From contig JAPOZT010000011.1 in the NCBI GenBank assembly GCA_026705925.1, forward strand, positions 212,857 through 276,856: a stretch of DNA of 64,000 nucleotides, in the 5' to 3' direction. This DNA comes from Gemmatimonadota bacterium (lineage in GTDB: Bacteria > JAAXHH01). The translations under genes were made by a program, and so were the position numbers. Of the stretch, positions 34,261 to 47,012 are shown one piece after another; position 1 is the first letter of the stretch; each line of letters starts with the position of its first letter. The notes under the pieces are model-generated. The model did no database searches. It saw only the letters and a program-made list of their open reading frames with translations, and was not told where the DNA came from.

Positions 34261-36669
34261 ATGTTCAAGAACTACCTCACCACCGCACTGCGAAACCTGC
34301 TCAGGCACAAGGGCTATTCGGCGATCAACGTCCTCGGGCTGGCCATCGGCATTGCCTGCTGCGTGCTGATCCTGCTCTACGTGCAGGACGAACTCAGCTA
34401 CGACCAGTATCACGAGAAGAAAGACCGGATATACCGCGTGGCGGAATCCGCGACGGTAGCGGGAAGGTCCATCGAAGCCGCAGTTACGCCCCCGCCCTGG
34501 GCCCCGGTGCTGGCAAAAGACTATCCTGTCATCGAGGCGTATACCCGGATCAAGCCTCCGGCCTCCCGGTGGCTGATTCGGTACAAAGAAAAGCGGTTTT
34601 ACGAGCGGTATTTCGCCTTCGTGGATTCATCGTTCTTCGACATTTTCACCTTCCCCCTGGTTCAGGGCGATGCGAAGACGGTCCTGGCCGACCCCCATAC
34701 CGTGGTGCTGTCGGAATCCATGGCCGACAAGTACTTCGGGGACGAGAACCCGATCGGCGAGGTCATTACGGGCGATGACCTTTATGAGTTCACGGTTACC
34801 GGCGTCATGCGGGACATGCCGAAGAACACTCATTTTCATTTCGACTTTCTGGCCTCCTATGCCTCCCTGGCGCCGCACAGGCTCTACGATGAACCGTCCA
34901 CGATGCAGGACCAGGGCTTCAGCCACGACCTGTTTACCTATTTACTTCTACGGGAAGGAAACGCACCCGAAGACCTGGAGCGGGAATTTCCCGGATTCCT
35001 GGACAAGTACCTTGGCGAACTGCTCACGTCCGTGGGCATCGAGGCCCGGCCCTTCCTGCAGCCCATCACGGATATCCACCTCCATTCCAACATGGAAGCC
35101 GAAATCAGGGCGAACAGCAGTATCCGGTACGTGTATATCTTTACCTGCCTGGCCGTCTTTGTCCTGCTGATCGCCTGCGTGAATTTCGTGAACCTTTCCA
35201 CCGCCCGTTCCGCCCGCAGAGCGCAGGAAGTCGGCATGCGGAAGGTGCTCGGCGCCTTTCGGAATCAACTGATCAAACAGTTTACGGGCGAGTCGATCCT
35301 GGTCTCCCTGATCGCCCTGTTCATCGCACTGGGCCTGGTTCACCTGCTCCTGCCGCAGTTCAACCTGTTCTCCGGCAAGGCGCTGGCGATGGACTACCAG
35401 TCTACCTGGCTGGTACCAACCCTGGCGGGCATTGCCCTGGTGACGGGGATCGCCGCGGGTGGATATCCCGCCTTCATCCTGTCCTCCTTCAGGCCGGTGG
35501 CCGTACTGACCGGCGCGCTCAAGGCGGGGGCGTCTCATTCGCTCCTCAGGAAAGTCCTGATCACCTTCCAGTTCGGTATTTCTATCCTCATGATCATTGG
35601 CACGCTCGTAGTCCTCGATCAGCTGGAATACATGCAGAACAAGCCCCTGGGCTTCGATGAAGACGACCTGGTCGTCGTTCGCCTGCCGGATGAGGAAGCC
35701 CTTAATGGCTATCCCGCCTACAGGGACGCCTTGATGCAGTATCCTGAAATCCTTAACGTGAGTACGGCGAACAGCATACCCGGGGGCCAGACGAGCCTCA
35801 ACCTGGTTACGCCGGAAGGGGTGCAGGAGGATGAAAGCCCGGTGTACCAGATGGTCCAGGCGGACTTCGGCTACATAGAAACACTCGGCATCGAGATGGC
35901 GTCGGGACGGACGTTCTCCCGGGCCTTCGGAGCGGATTCCACCGCCTGCCTGATCAACGAGGCGGCCGTCCGGACCCTGGGATGGGAAGACCCGATCGGC
36001 AGAACCTTCAGGTTAACCGGAGAGGATGATGACCCGCCCCTGAGCGTCATCGGCGTCATGGCGGATTTTCACGTCCAGTCGCTGCGCCAACCCATAACGC
36101 CGCTCATGGTGCGACTGGATGAAGAACCCGCTTCATTTATGGTCGTCAGGATACAGGGCACGAACGTATCACGTGGAGTTGAAACACTCCAGGAACAGTG
36201 GCGGAGTACGTATCCGAACCATCCCGCCCTGGATTACTCGTTTCTCGATGACGACCTCAGGCAACTATACCAGGACGAACGACGGCTCGGTTCCGTGTTC
36301 ATCGCCGGTGCGGTGCTTTCTATCCTGATCGCCTGCCTGGGACTGCTGGGGCTGTCGTCCTTCATGGCGGAGCAACGGACCCGGGAGATCGGTGTGCGGA
36401 AGGTCCTCGGCGCGACGGTATCGAACGTGATCCTGCTATTGTCGAGGGACTTCACCAGGCTGGTCCTGCTGGCCTTCGTGCTCGGAGCGCCGGCGGGTTA
36501 CTACGCCATGCACTCGTGGCTGGAAGACTTCCCATACCGTATCGAACCGGGCCTGGGGGTGTTCCTTTTCGCGGGTGTCGCGGCGTTGTCGGTCGCCTGG
36601 CTGACGGTGGGATACCAGTCGTATAAGGCCGCGGCCACCAACCCGGCGGAAGCGGTGCATGCGGAGTGA
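34261..36669 (+). CDS. FtsX-like ABC transporter permease (about 800 aa; two MacB/FtsX permease modules with a large periplasmic domain)
   Basis: The N-terminal TM helix is followed by a large periplasmic domain and a C-terminal FtsX 4-TM module. There is an internal duplication of the TM module. No ATPase domain is fused. Confidence 0.8.
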   Translation: MFKNYLTTALRNLLRHKGYSAINVLGLAIGIACCVLILLYVQDELSYDQYHEKKDRIYRVAESATVAGRSIEAAVTPPPWAPVLAKDYPVIEAYTRIKPPASRWLIRYKEKRFYERYFAFVDSSFFDIFTFPLVQGDAKTVLADPHTVVLSESMADKYFGDENPIGEVITGDDLYEFTVTGVMRDMPKNTHFHFDFLASYASLAPHRLYDEPSTMQDQGFSHDLFTYLLLREGNAPEDLEREFPGFLDKYLGELLTSVGIEARPFLQPITDIHLHSNMEAEIRANSSIRYVYIFTCLAVFVLLIACVNFVNLSTARSARRAQEVGMRKVLGAFRNQLIKQFTGESILVSLIALFIALGLVHLLLPQFNLFSGKALAMDYQSTWLVPTLAGIALVTGIAAGGYPAFILSSFRPVAVLTGALKAGASHSLLRKVLITFQFGISILMIIGTLVVLDQLEYMQNKPLGFDEDDLVVVRLPDEEALNGYPAYRDALMQYPEILNVSTANSIPGGQTSLNLVTPEGVQEDESPVYQMVQADFGYIETLGIEMASGRTFSRAFGADSTACLINEAAVRTLGWEDPIGRTFRLTGEDDDPPLSVIGVMADFHVQSLRQPITPLMVRLDEEPASFMVVRIQGTNVSRGVETLQEQWRSTYPNHPALDYSFLDDDLRQLYQDERRLGSVFIAGAVLSILIACLGLLGLSSFMAEQRTREIGVRKVLGATVSNVILLLSRDFTRLVLLAFVLGAPAGYYAMHSWLEDFPYRIEPGLGVFLFAGVAALSVAWLTVGYQSYKAAATNPAEAVHAE

Positions 36670-36678
36670 AACGGCACC

Positions 36679-39090
36679 ATGATCCGAAACTACCTGACCG
36701 TCGCCTTGCGAAACCTGCGCAGGCACAAGGGCTATTCGGCTATTAACGTCCTCGGGCTGGCCATCGGCATGGCTAGCTGCGTGCTGATCCTGCTCTACGT
36801 GCAGGACGAACTCAGCTACGACCAGCATCATGAGAAAAAGGACCGGATCTACCGCATCGCGGAATCCGCTGTGATAACGGACCGGCCGATCGAAGCGGCC
36901 GTCACGCCCCCGTCCTGGGCGCCGGTCCTTGCGCGGGACTATCCGGAAATCGAGCTGTACACCCGGATCAAGCCGCCGGGCTCCCGCTGGCTTATCCGGT
37001 ATGAGGAAAACCGGTTCTACGAGCGATACTTTATTTTCGCGGACTCGTCGGTCTTCGACATCTTCACCATCCCGCTCGTACAGGGTAACCCCGCCACCGC
37101 CCTGGTCGAACCGCATACGGTGGTGCTGTCCGAATCCATGGCCGGCAAGTACTTCGGAGACGAGAACCCGATCGGGAAGGTGATCACGGGGGACGACCTC
37201 TACGAGTTCACCGTGACCGGCATCATGCGGGACATGCCGCGGACCTCTCACTTCCATTTCGACTTCCTGGCTTCCTTCGCCACGCTGGCGCCGAATCAAC
37301 TGTACTACAGCGATCCGGACGACATTCAGAACGGCGGGTTCAACCACGATTTGTACACCTATCTGCTGCTCCGGGAAGGCGCCACGCGCGAGGAAATGGA
37401 ATCCAGGTTCCGCCCATTCCTGGACAAATACCTCGGCGAAACGCTCCAATCCGCGGGCATTGAGGCCAACCCCTACCTGCAGCCGCTCACGGAGATCTAC
37501 CTGCATTCCAACATCGAAGCCGAGCTGCGGCCCAACAGCGACATCCGTTACGTCTATATCTTCACGTCCCTGGCCGTCTTCATTCTCGTCATCGCCTGCG
37601 TGAATTTCATGAACCTGTCCACCGCCCGGTCCGCCCGCAGGGCACAGGAGGTCGGGATCCGGAAGGTCCTGGGCGCACAGCGGATCCAGTTGATCCGGCA
37701 GTTTATCGGCGAATCGATACTGCTCGCGCTGCTCGCGCTGATCATCGCCCTCGCACTGGTGCACCTGCTGCTTCCGCAATTCAACCTGTTGTCGGGCAAG
37801 GACCTGGTCATGGACTACGGGTCGACCTGGCTGGTGCCGGCCCTGGCGGTCATCACGCTATTCGTCGGTTTCGCCGCCGGTGGATATCCCGCTTTCCTGC
37901 TCTCTTCCTTCAGGCCGGTGGCCGTGCTGACCGGCGCGCTGAAGACCGGCGCCTCCCATTCGGTACTCAGGAAGGTGCTGATCACCTTCCAGTTCAGCGT
38001 CTCGATCCTCATGATGGTGGGCACGGGAGTGGTCCTCAACCAGCTGGAGTTCATGCAGAACAAGCGGCTGGGATTCGAAAGCGATCACCTGGCGGTCGTC
38101 CGCATGCCGGACGAAGCAGCCCTCCGGGGATATGGGGCCTACAAAAACGCGGTGTTGCAGTATCCCGAGATCCTGAAGGTGAGCACTTCGAGCAGCGTAC
38201 CCGGCGCACAGACCAGCCTGAACCTGTTGACGCCCGAGGGCTTGCCGCCCGACCAGAGCCCGGTTTTCCAGACGATCTGGGGGGACTTCGACTTCGCGGA
38301 AACCATGGCATTCGAGCTGGCCGCCGGACGTACGTTCGACACCGCCTTCGCCACCGATTCATCGGCCTGCCTGATCAACGAGACCGCGGTCCGCGCCCTG
38401 GGTTGGGAGAATGCGATCGACAAGACCTTCCGCTTCGCTGGTTCGCCGGAAACCGCCCCGTCGCACCGGGTGATCGGCGTCATGAGGGACTTCCACCAGC
38501 ACTCGCTGCGCCAACCCATCGAACCCCTGATGATCCTGTTCAACGCGCCCGGCCCTTACATGGTCATCCGGATGCGGGGGGAAGACCCGCGGCGGGGGAT
38601 GGAGATCCTGCAGGACCAATGGCGGCAGACCTATCCGAACCACCCGGCCATGGAGATCTCGTTTCTCGACGCGAACCTTGAGCAACTGTACTCCGCCGAA
38701 CAACGGCTGGGCAGCGTCTTCATCGCCGGCGCCGCGCTTTCCATGCTGATCGCCTGCCTGGGGCTCCTGGGCCTTTCGTCCTACATGGCCGAACAGCGGA
38801 CCCGGGAGATCGGGATCCGAAAAGTGCTCGGTGCGACGATATCGAACGTGATCGTGCTATTGTCCGCGGATTTTACGAAACTGGTCCTGCTGGCCTTTTT
38901 GATCGGCGCCCCCGTGGGATACCTGGCCATGGGCGCGTGGCTCGAGGGCTTCCCTTACCGCGTCGATCTGGGTATCGGCGCTTTCGTGCTGGCCGGTCTG
39001 GCCGCGCTGATCATTTCCTGGCTGACGGTGGGATACCAGGCGTTCAAGGCGGCCACGGCCAACCCGGCGGACGCGGTACATGGGGAGTGA
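36679..39090 (+). CDS. FtsX-like ABC transporter permease, tandem paralog
   Basis: It shares about 75% identity with 34261..36669 over its full length, beginning with the same N-terminus M(F/I)(K/R)NYLT(T/V)ALRNL.RHKGYSAINVLGLAIG. Confidence 0.8.
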   Translation: MIRNYLTVALRNLRRHKGYSAINVLGLAIGMASCVLILLYVQDELSYDQHHEKKDRIYRIAESAVITDRPIEAAVTPPSWAPVLARDYPEIELYTRIKPPGSRWLIRYEENRFYERYFIFADSSVFDIFTIPLVQGNPATALVEPHTVVLSESMAGKYFGDENPIGKVITGDDLYEFTVTGIMRDMPRTSHFHFDFLASFATLAPNQLYYSDPDDIQNGGFNHDLYTYLLLREGATREEMESRFRPFLDKYLGETLQSAGIEANPYLQPLTEIYLHSNIEAELRPNSDIRYVYIFTSLAVFILVIACVNFMNLSTARSARRAQEVGIRKVLGAQRIQLIRQFIGESILLALLALIIALALVHLLLPQFNLLSGKDLVMDYGSTWLVPALAVITLFVGFAAGGYPAFLLSSFRPVAVLTGALKTGASHSVLRKVLITFQFSVSILMMVGTGVVLNQLEFMQNKRLGFESDHLAVVRMPDEAALRGYGAYKNAVLQYPEILKVSTSSSVPGAQTSLNLLTPEGLPPDQSPVFQTIWGDFDFAETMAFELAAGRTFDTAFATDSSACLINETAVRALGWENAIDKTFRFAGSPETAPSHRVIGVMRDFHQHSLRQPIEPLMILFNAPGPYMVIRMRGEDPRRGMEILQDQWRQTYPNHPAMEISFLDANLEQLYSAEQRLGSVFIAGAALSMLIACLGLLGLSSYMAEQRTREIGIRKVLGATISNVIVLLSADFTKLVLLAFLIGAPVGYLAMGAWLEGFPYRVDLGIGAFVLAGLAALIISWLTVGYQAFKAATANPADAVHGE

Positions 39091-39124
39091 GGGGGATTAA
39101 CTAGAGTGTCGGCACAACATTTCT

Positions 39125-39153
39125 GTTGACATAAACAGATCTGTTGTGTATCG
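39125..39153 (+). promoter_or_regulatory. sigma70-like promoter TTGACA-N17-TATCGT immediately upstream of hicA (near-leaderless)
   Basis: Read directly from the sequence. The -10 ends 6 nt before the hicA ATG at 39160. Confidence 0.4.
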
Positions 39154-39159
39154 TTTGTT

Positions 39160-39348
39160 ATGAACGCAAACGAACTTCGCAGATGGCTCAGGAAACAAGG
39201 TTGTACGTTTCACACGCATAAGGGCGGGAGTGGTCACGTGACGGTTCGTTTGCGGGATCGGAAAACCCAGTTGCCTATGCATGGAGGAAGCAAGGAACTT
39301 GGGCGGAAACTGGTGGCAAAGATCAAGAAGGATCTGGGGTTGAACTGA
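39160..39348 (+). CDS. hicA: HicA-family mRNA interferase toxin
   Basis: The 62-aa protein has the YcfA/HicA-like pattern ...HKGGSGHVTV...HGGSKELGRKLVAKIKKDLGL. Confidence 0.75.
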   Translation: MNANELRRWLRKQGCTFHTHKGGSGHVTVRLRDRKTQLPMHGGSKELGRKLVAKIKKDLGLN

Positions 39349-39761
39349 TGCTTCAATATCCGGTATTACTCGAAGACGACGATGATTCCGTATTGGTTAC
39401 GTCACCGGACTTTCCGGAACTTACGACGTTCGGTATGGACCGGGAGGAGGCAATCGCCCGGGCGGTCGACGCGCTGGAGGAGGCGATCGCAGCCCGCGTA
39501 CATGATGGCCTGGATATCCCACTGCCGTCCAGGGGACGTGACACCGCCAAGTTACCGACGCTCACCGCCGTCAAGGTGATGTTGTACCGGGGTATGCGGG
39601 AACAGGGCATAGGCAAGGCGGAACTGGCCCGGCGCCTCGGCTGGCACCTTCCGCAGGTGGACCGGGTATTGGACGTGCAGCACAACTCCCGCATGGACCA
39701 GATGGACGCGGCCATGGGCGCTATAGGGCGGCACCTTTATGTACGTGATTCACTTCACTAG
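39348..39761 (+). CDS. hicB: HicB-family antitoxin (RNase H-like fold plus C-terminal HTH)
   Basis: Its start overlaps the hicA stop. The N-terminal YPVLLEDDDDSVLVTSPDFPELTTFGMDREEAIARAVDALEEAI matches UPF0150/HicB, and there is a C-terminal helix-turn-helix (GIGKAELARRLGW). Confidence 0.75.
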   Translation: MLQYPVLLEDDDDSVLVTSPDFPELTTFGMDREEAIARAVDALEEAIAARVHDGLDIPLPSRGRDTAKLPTLTAVKVMLYRGMREQGIGKAELARRLGWHLPQVDRVLDVQHNSRMDQMDAAMGAIGRHLYVRDSLH

Positions 39762-39818
39762 AACTGCTTACCTTGCAAGCCATTCCCTTCGGTCCGCTCT
39801 TTTGACCCGGTCTTCCGT

Positions 39819-41048
39819 CTAACTACTCACCAGCACCTTCTTCAGCGCCGCGACAAAGGCCTCGTTCTCCTCGGGCAGGCCCGCGGTGACGCGGATCCAG
39901 CCTTCGATATTCCAGCGCGCCCTCGCGTTGCCCACCAGGACACTGTGTTCCTCGCGCAGCCGGCGGACGAGTTCGTCCACGTCGGTCTTCATGTTCATCA
40001 TCACGAAGCTCGACTCGCTCGGCGCGTATTCGATGCCCATGGCGTCCAGTTGCGCGTAGAAATAGCGTTTCCCCAGGCTCACCAGTTCCTGTGACCGACG
40101 CAGGTGATTCGTATCGTCGAGGGCCGCCGACGCGGCGTGGGTGGACAGCAGGGTGAGCGTGTTGGCCCGGTGGCGGCCGATCCGCTCGATCACCTCCGGT
40201 TGGGCGACTGCATATCCCACCCGCATGCCGGCCATGCCGAAGACCTTGGAAAAGGTGCGCGTCACGATAACGTTCGGGTGATCCGCGACCAGCGACGCCG
40301 CGCCTTCGCGGTCTGCCTCGTTCTCGGCGAATTCGATATAGGCTTCATCGACGAGGACCAGGACACGCTCAGGAATCGACTCGACAAAGGGTCTTAACTG
40401 AGACATGGGGGTCAACTGACCCGTGGGATTGCCGGGGGTGGTCACGACGACCATGGCGGTCCGGTCGGTCACGGCCGCGCTGAGACCGTCCAGATCGGGT
40501 TTCATGCCTTCCAGCAACGGAACCCGGACCGGTTCCGCGTTGGCCACGCCGGCGAATCGGGTGATGAAACCGAAACCCGGCAGGCTTTCCACGACCTCCG
40601 TGCCCTCGCGAACGTAAGCGTGGCCGATGGCGAACAGCAGGTCCGACGACCCGGCGCCCACCGCGATCCACGCGCCAGGTACCGGGGCGAAGGGGCTATC
40701 CGTCCACTCCACCACGGGGACGCCGTGCCGGCGGGCGAGCTTGCCCAGCAGGTCCGGGTTCCGGCCATACCGGTTGATGCTGGTCACCAGGGACAGCACC
40801 GCCTCGACCGCCCGAGGTGACGGACCCAGGGCGTTCTCGTTGGAATCGATGCGCACCAGGCCCGGGGGTACGCCCCAACCGCGTACGGAAGGGCCGCCCA
40901 CCATCTGGGCCACGGCCTCATAACTGCCAAACGAAATCGCACCGGCACCGGCCAGGGCGCCTTTCAGGAATCCCCGGCGGGAGAGCCCCGACCTGGACCG
41001 CGATAGCCCCGGCCTGGTCGTGGTACTTGCTTCTTTTCTGTCGGACAT
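39819..41048 (-). CDS. class I/II PLP aminotransferase (histidinol-phosphate aminotransferase-like) with a Tat signal
   Basis: The Tat motif SRRGFLKG is followed by a hydrophobic stretch. The body has HisC-like motifs (IDSNENALGPSP; the PLP lysine region TFSKVFGMAGMRVGY). Confidence 0.7.
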   Translation of the reverse strand: MSDRKEASTTTRPGLSRSRSGLSRRGFLKGALAGAGAISFGSYEAVAQMVGGPSVRGWGVPPGLVRIDSNENALGPSPRAVEAVLSLVTSINRYGRNPDLLGKLARRHGVPVVEWTDSPFAPVPGAWIAVGAGSSDLLFAIGHAYVREGTEVVESLPGFGFITRFAGVANAEPVRVPLLEGMKPDLDGLSAAVTDRTAMVVVTTPGNPTGQLTPMSQLRPFVESIPERVLVLVDEAYIEFAENEADREGAASLVADHPNVIVTRTFSKVFGMAGMRVGYAVAQPEVIERIGRHRANTLTLLSTHAASAALDDTNHLRRSQELVSLGKRYFYAQLDAMGIEYAPSESSFVMMNMKTDVDELVRRLREEHSVLVGNARARWNIEGWIRVTAGLPEENEAFVAALKKVLVSS

Positions 41049-41408
41049 TGAAATACTCCTTCTCGGGATTTATACGCTCGGACTGTCGGAATTTAGGAAT
41101 ATCGATTCGCGGCAAAACCTGTTGATTTCTTGTTATTACTTCATGATATATCGGCGAATCACGGATGGGAAGACCAATTGCGTGGACCTTTACGCCCCCC
41201 GGACCTTGACGCACGCCGACGTTGGCGCTCTCACCGACCTTAACGTGCGCTCCGACCTTGACGATCCCCCGGACCTTCCGTAGATTTAACGCAGAGATGC
41301 GCGTGGCGGCGTTACGGCCACCCGCGTAGTACATCCCCCTGGAAGGAGACCGCGATCTTCAGCCAGTTCCACCCCGTATCAACTGAAACCCACCTCCTGC
41401 TGGACCGG

Positions 41409-45095
<3,687 letters not shown>

Positions 45096-45134
45096 TGCTG
45101 CGTTTTCCTGCCGTGTTTTCTTGCCTTCAGCCTG

Positions 45135-45410
45135 TTATCCCACCGTAAACTGCAGCTTTTTACCGATAGCTTTGGCGTATTTTCCGAGGGTTGACAACCG
45201 GATGTCTTCGGCATGATTCTCAATTCTGGATATAGCAGACTTCCTGGTTTTCAACCTGCGTGCCACCTCTTCCTGGGTAAGTCCGGCATCCTCTCTCGCC
45301 TGTCGAAGTAGTACACCGATCTTGAACTCCTGATATCCTTCATCGTATCTCTCGGCAAATTCCGCATCCTTGACCTTGCGATATGCCACGTATTCGCTCA
45401 AGTCGCTCAT
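45135..45410 (-). CDS. XRE-family HTH antitoxin (HigA-like)
   Basis: The 91-aa protein has the [26 protein letters not shown]. It lies immediately downstream of the toxin on the same strand, and the region has lower GC content. Confidence 0.7.
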   Translation of the reverse strand: MSDLSEYVAYRKVKDAEFAERYDEGYQEFKIGVLLRQAREDAGLTQEEVARRLKTRKSAISRIENHAEDIRLSTLGKYAKAIGKKLQFTVG

Positions 45411-45484
45411 CGTCTCTTCCTCATGAAGTAATCCTGTCTTCTCTTCTCGGCTAGCCGGATGTCCGATCTCGGTGTTTTTCGAGT

Positions 45485-45757
45485 CTACTTCGCGAATGCG
45501 TGATCTATAATTACGAGATTCGAACCGTCGAAAAAGGAAAGAAGACGGAATGTGTCACGTGCAATGTCTACGCGGATTTCCCAGATATCATCTGAATCGA
45601 CCAGTTTCTGAAAATACCGACGAGGTACGAAATGCAACTCTTCAATGAGTCTCAGAACCCAGGTGATCTTGGCTGCCTGTTTTGGGTCGAGCGCATCCAG
45701 AAAGTCAACGACAGGACACTGACCCGATTCAGTACGATAGAAATGGACAGTTCTCAT
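45485..45757 (-). CDS. type II toxin, RelE/ParE superfamily (Gp49-like/HigB-like)
   Basis: The 90-aa protein has the pattern [23 protein letters not shown]...[33 protein letters not shown], typical of phage Gp49-like killer proteins. It is paired with the downstream XRE antitoxin. Confidence 0.65.
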   Translation of the reverse strand: MRTVHFYRTESGQCPVVDFLDALDPKQAAKITWVLRLIEELHFVPRRYFQKLVDSDDIWEIRVDIARDTFRLLSFFDGSNLVIIDHAFAK

Positions 45758-45823
45758 ATTCTATGTTAACGAATATGTGAACCGCACGCAACCAGTATTT
45801 CGCACTATATTAACACAGCCCAA

Positions 45824-46477
45824 CTACCTGCTTAACACCGCCGTGCCCCACGTGCTGGGGTCCACATGGACGCGCAGGTCCCGCCCGGCGCTCCACCACT
45901 GGGCGGGGTACTCCGAATTGTTGAGGAAATAGGCGAAACCCAGGCGGGGGAACTCATCCGGGTCGTATCCGCTGAGCGTTTCGGTCGGGAGGCATACTTC
46001 CAGGGTGTAACCGCGATCCGTGATCAGGGACGCGATGGGAAGCGCTTCCGGTTCCGGCATGTTCCACTTCTCGCGGGCGCGGTCGACCTGCGAAGGCTTG
46101 ACCACGGGCCGGTCCCCGCGGTCGCCGCCCCCGGTGGGCAGGCAGTTGAACTGGTGGCAGTACCTCCCCGCCCGCCTGGCGGTCTTCACGTCGCGCGTGT
46201 CCAGCCAGATCTGGAAGCTGTCCCCGGTCCAGTGCCTTCCGTAGTGGGACTGGACCGGCTTTCGCTTGCGCACGTCCACGGCGAAGTACAGGCCCTCGTC
46301 GTTCCAGGCCATGTAGACGTCCGCGGCTTTCGGCCGGTTCTCCAGGAAACCCAGGTCGGGTACCAGGTACTCGGCATCCCAGTCGTCCAGGACGCCGTTG
46401 ATCCGGGGCGCCTGCTCGCGGTATCTGCACTGGAAGGCGTAGGCGAAGTAGACTCGGTTGGGAATGTCCAGCGGCAT
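45824..46477 (-). CDS. hypothetical CBM9-like/DOMON-like domain protein (single domain)
   Basis: It shares the pattern ING.LDDWD...VYMAWNDEGLYFAVDV with the two repeats of 54331..56169. No signal peptide is present. Confidence 0.5.
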   Translation of the reverse strand: MPLDIPNRVYFAYAFQCRYREQAPRINGVLDDWDAEYLVPDLGFLENRPKAADVYMAWNDEGLYFAVDVRKRKPVQSHYGRHWTGDSFQIWLDTRDVKTARRAGRYCHQFNCLPTGGGDRGDRPVVKPSQVDRAREKWNMPEPEALPIASLITDRGYTLEVCLPTETLSGYDPDEFPRLGFAYFLNNSEYPAQWWSAGRDLRVHVDPSTWGTAVLSR

Positions 46478-46483
46478 AGGCGT

Positions 46484-47002
46484 TCAGCGGTTGTAGTCCG
46501 TACCTTCCAGGTCGAGCAGAAACGCCTTGACCTCCGGCCGTCCGCCATAGCCTCCCAGGCGTCCGTCGCTGGTGATCACGCGGTGACAGGGTACCAGGAG
46601 GCTGATGTCGTTGCTGCTGTTGGCCTGGCCCACAGCCCGGGCGGCCCTGGGTCTTCGAACCTGCTCGGCCACCCACTTGTAGGAACGCCACTGCCCGTAC
46701 GGAATGGCCTGTTGCGCGGTCCAGACCTGCCGGGTAAAGGACGTGCCCCGCAGGAAATCCACCGGGAGGTCGAAAACCTTCAGCTTGCCCTCGAAGTACC
46801 GCGTAATCTGGTCTGCGACCGAGGCAAGCAGGCCGTCGTCCGGGGCGAAGGCGAGCTCCGCGTCGAATCGGTTCAGCATGTCCGTCGCGAATGCCTCGTC
46901 CGTGACGCCGGAGGTAACGCGGCATACGCCCGCGTCACTGGCCGCCGCGTACATAGGGCCGAGCGGCGTGGGGAAGACCGTGTATTTCAATACGTGCTTC
47001 AA
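46484..47002 (-). CDS. ogt: methylated-DNA-[protein]-cysteine S-methyltransferase
   Basis: The active-site motif PCHRV is present, along with the C-terminal helix-turn-helix DNA-binding domain. The protein is 172 aa. Confidence 0.85.
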   Translation of the reverse strand: MKHVLKYTVFPTPLGPMYAAASDAGVCRVTSGVTDEAFATDMLNRFDAELAFAPDDGLLASVADQITRYFEGKLKVFDLPVDFLRGTSFTRQVWTAQQAIPYGQWRSYKWVAEQVRRPRAARAVGQANSSNDISLLVPCHRVITSDGRLGGYGGRPEVKAFLLDLEGTDYNR

Positions 47003-47012
47003 CGGGTCAGGA

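Noticed and set aside
41020-41283. An 87-aa ORF in the metH/aminotransferase divergent intergenic region
   Set aside because: It has an AT-rich start and no RBS, and it overlaps the promoter and leader region. The repeats there are better explained as regulatory DNA or RNA than as coding sequence.
41049-41408. Possible cobalamin or SAM riboswitch upstream of metH
   Set aside because: No B12-box (GCCACTG-like) or SAM-I/SAM-II core consensus was visible by eye. Only generic hairpins and the CCGACCTTGAC repeats were found. It is kept as a finding for an Rfam scan but not called as a riboswitch.
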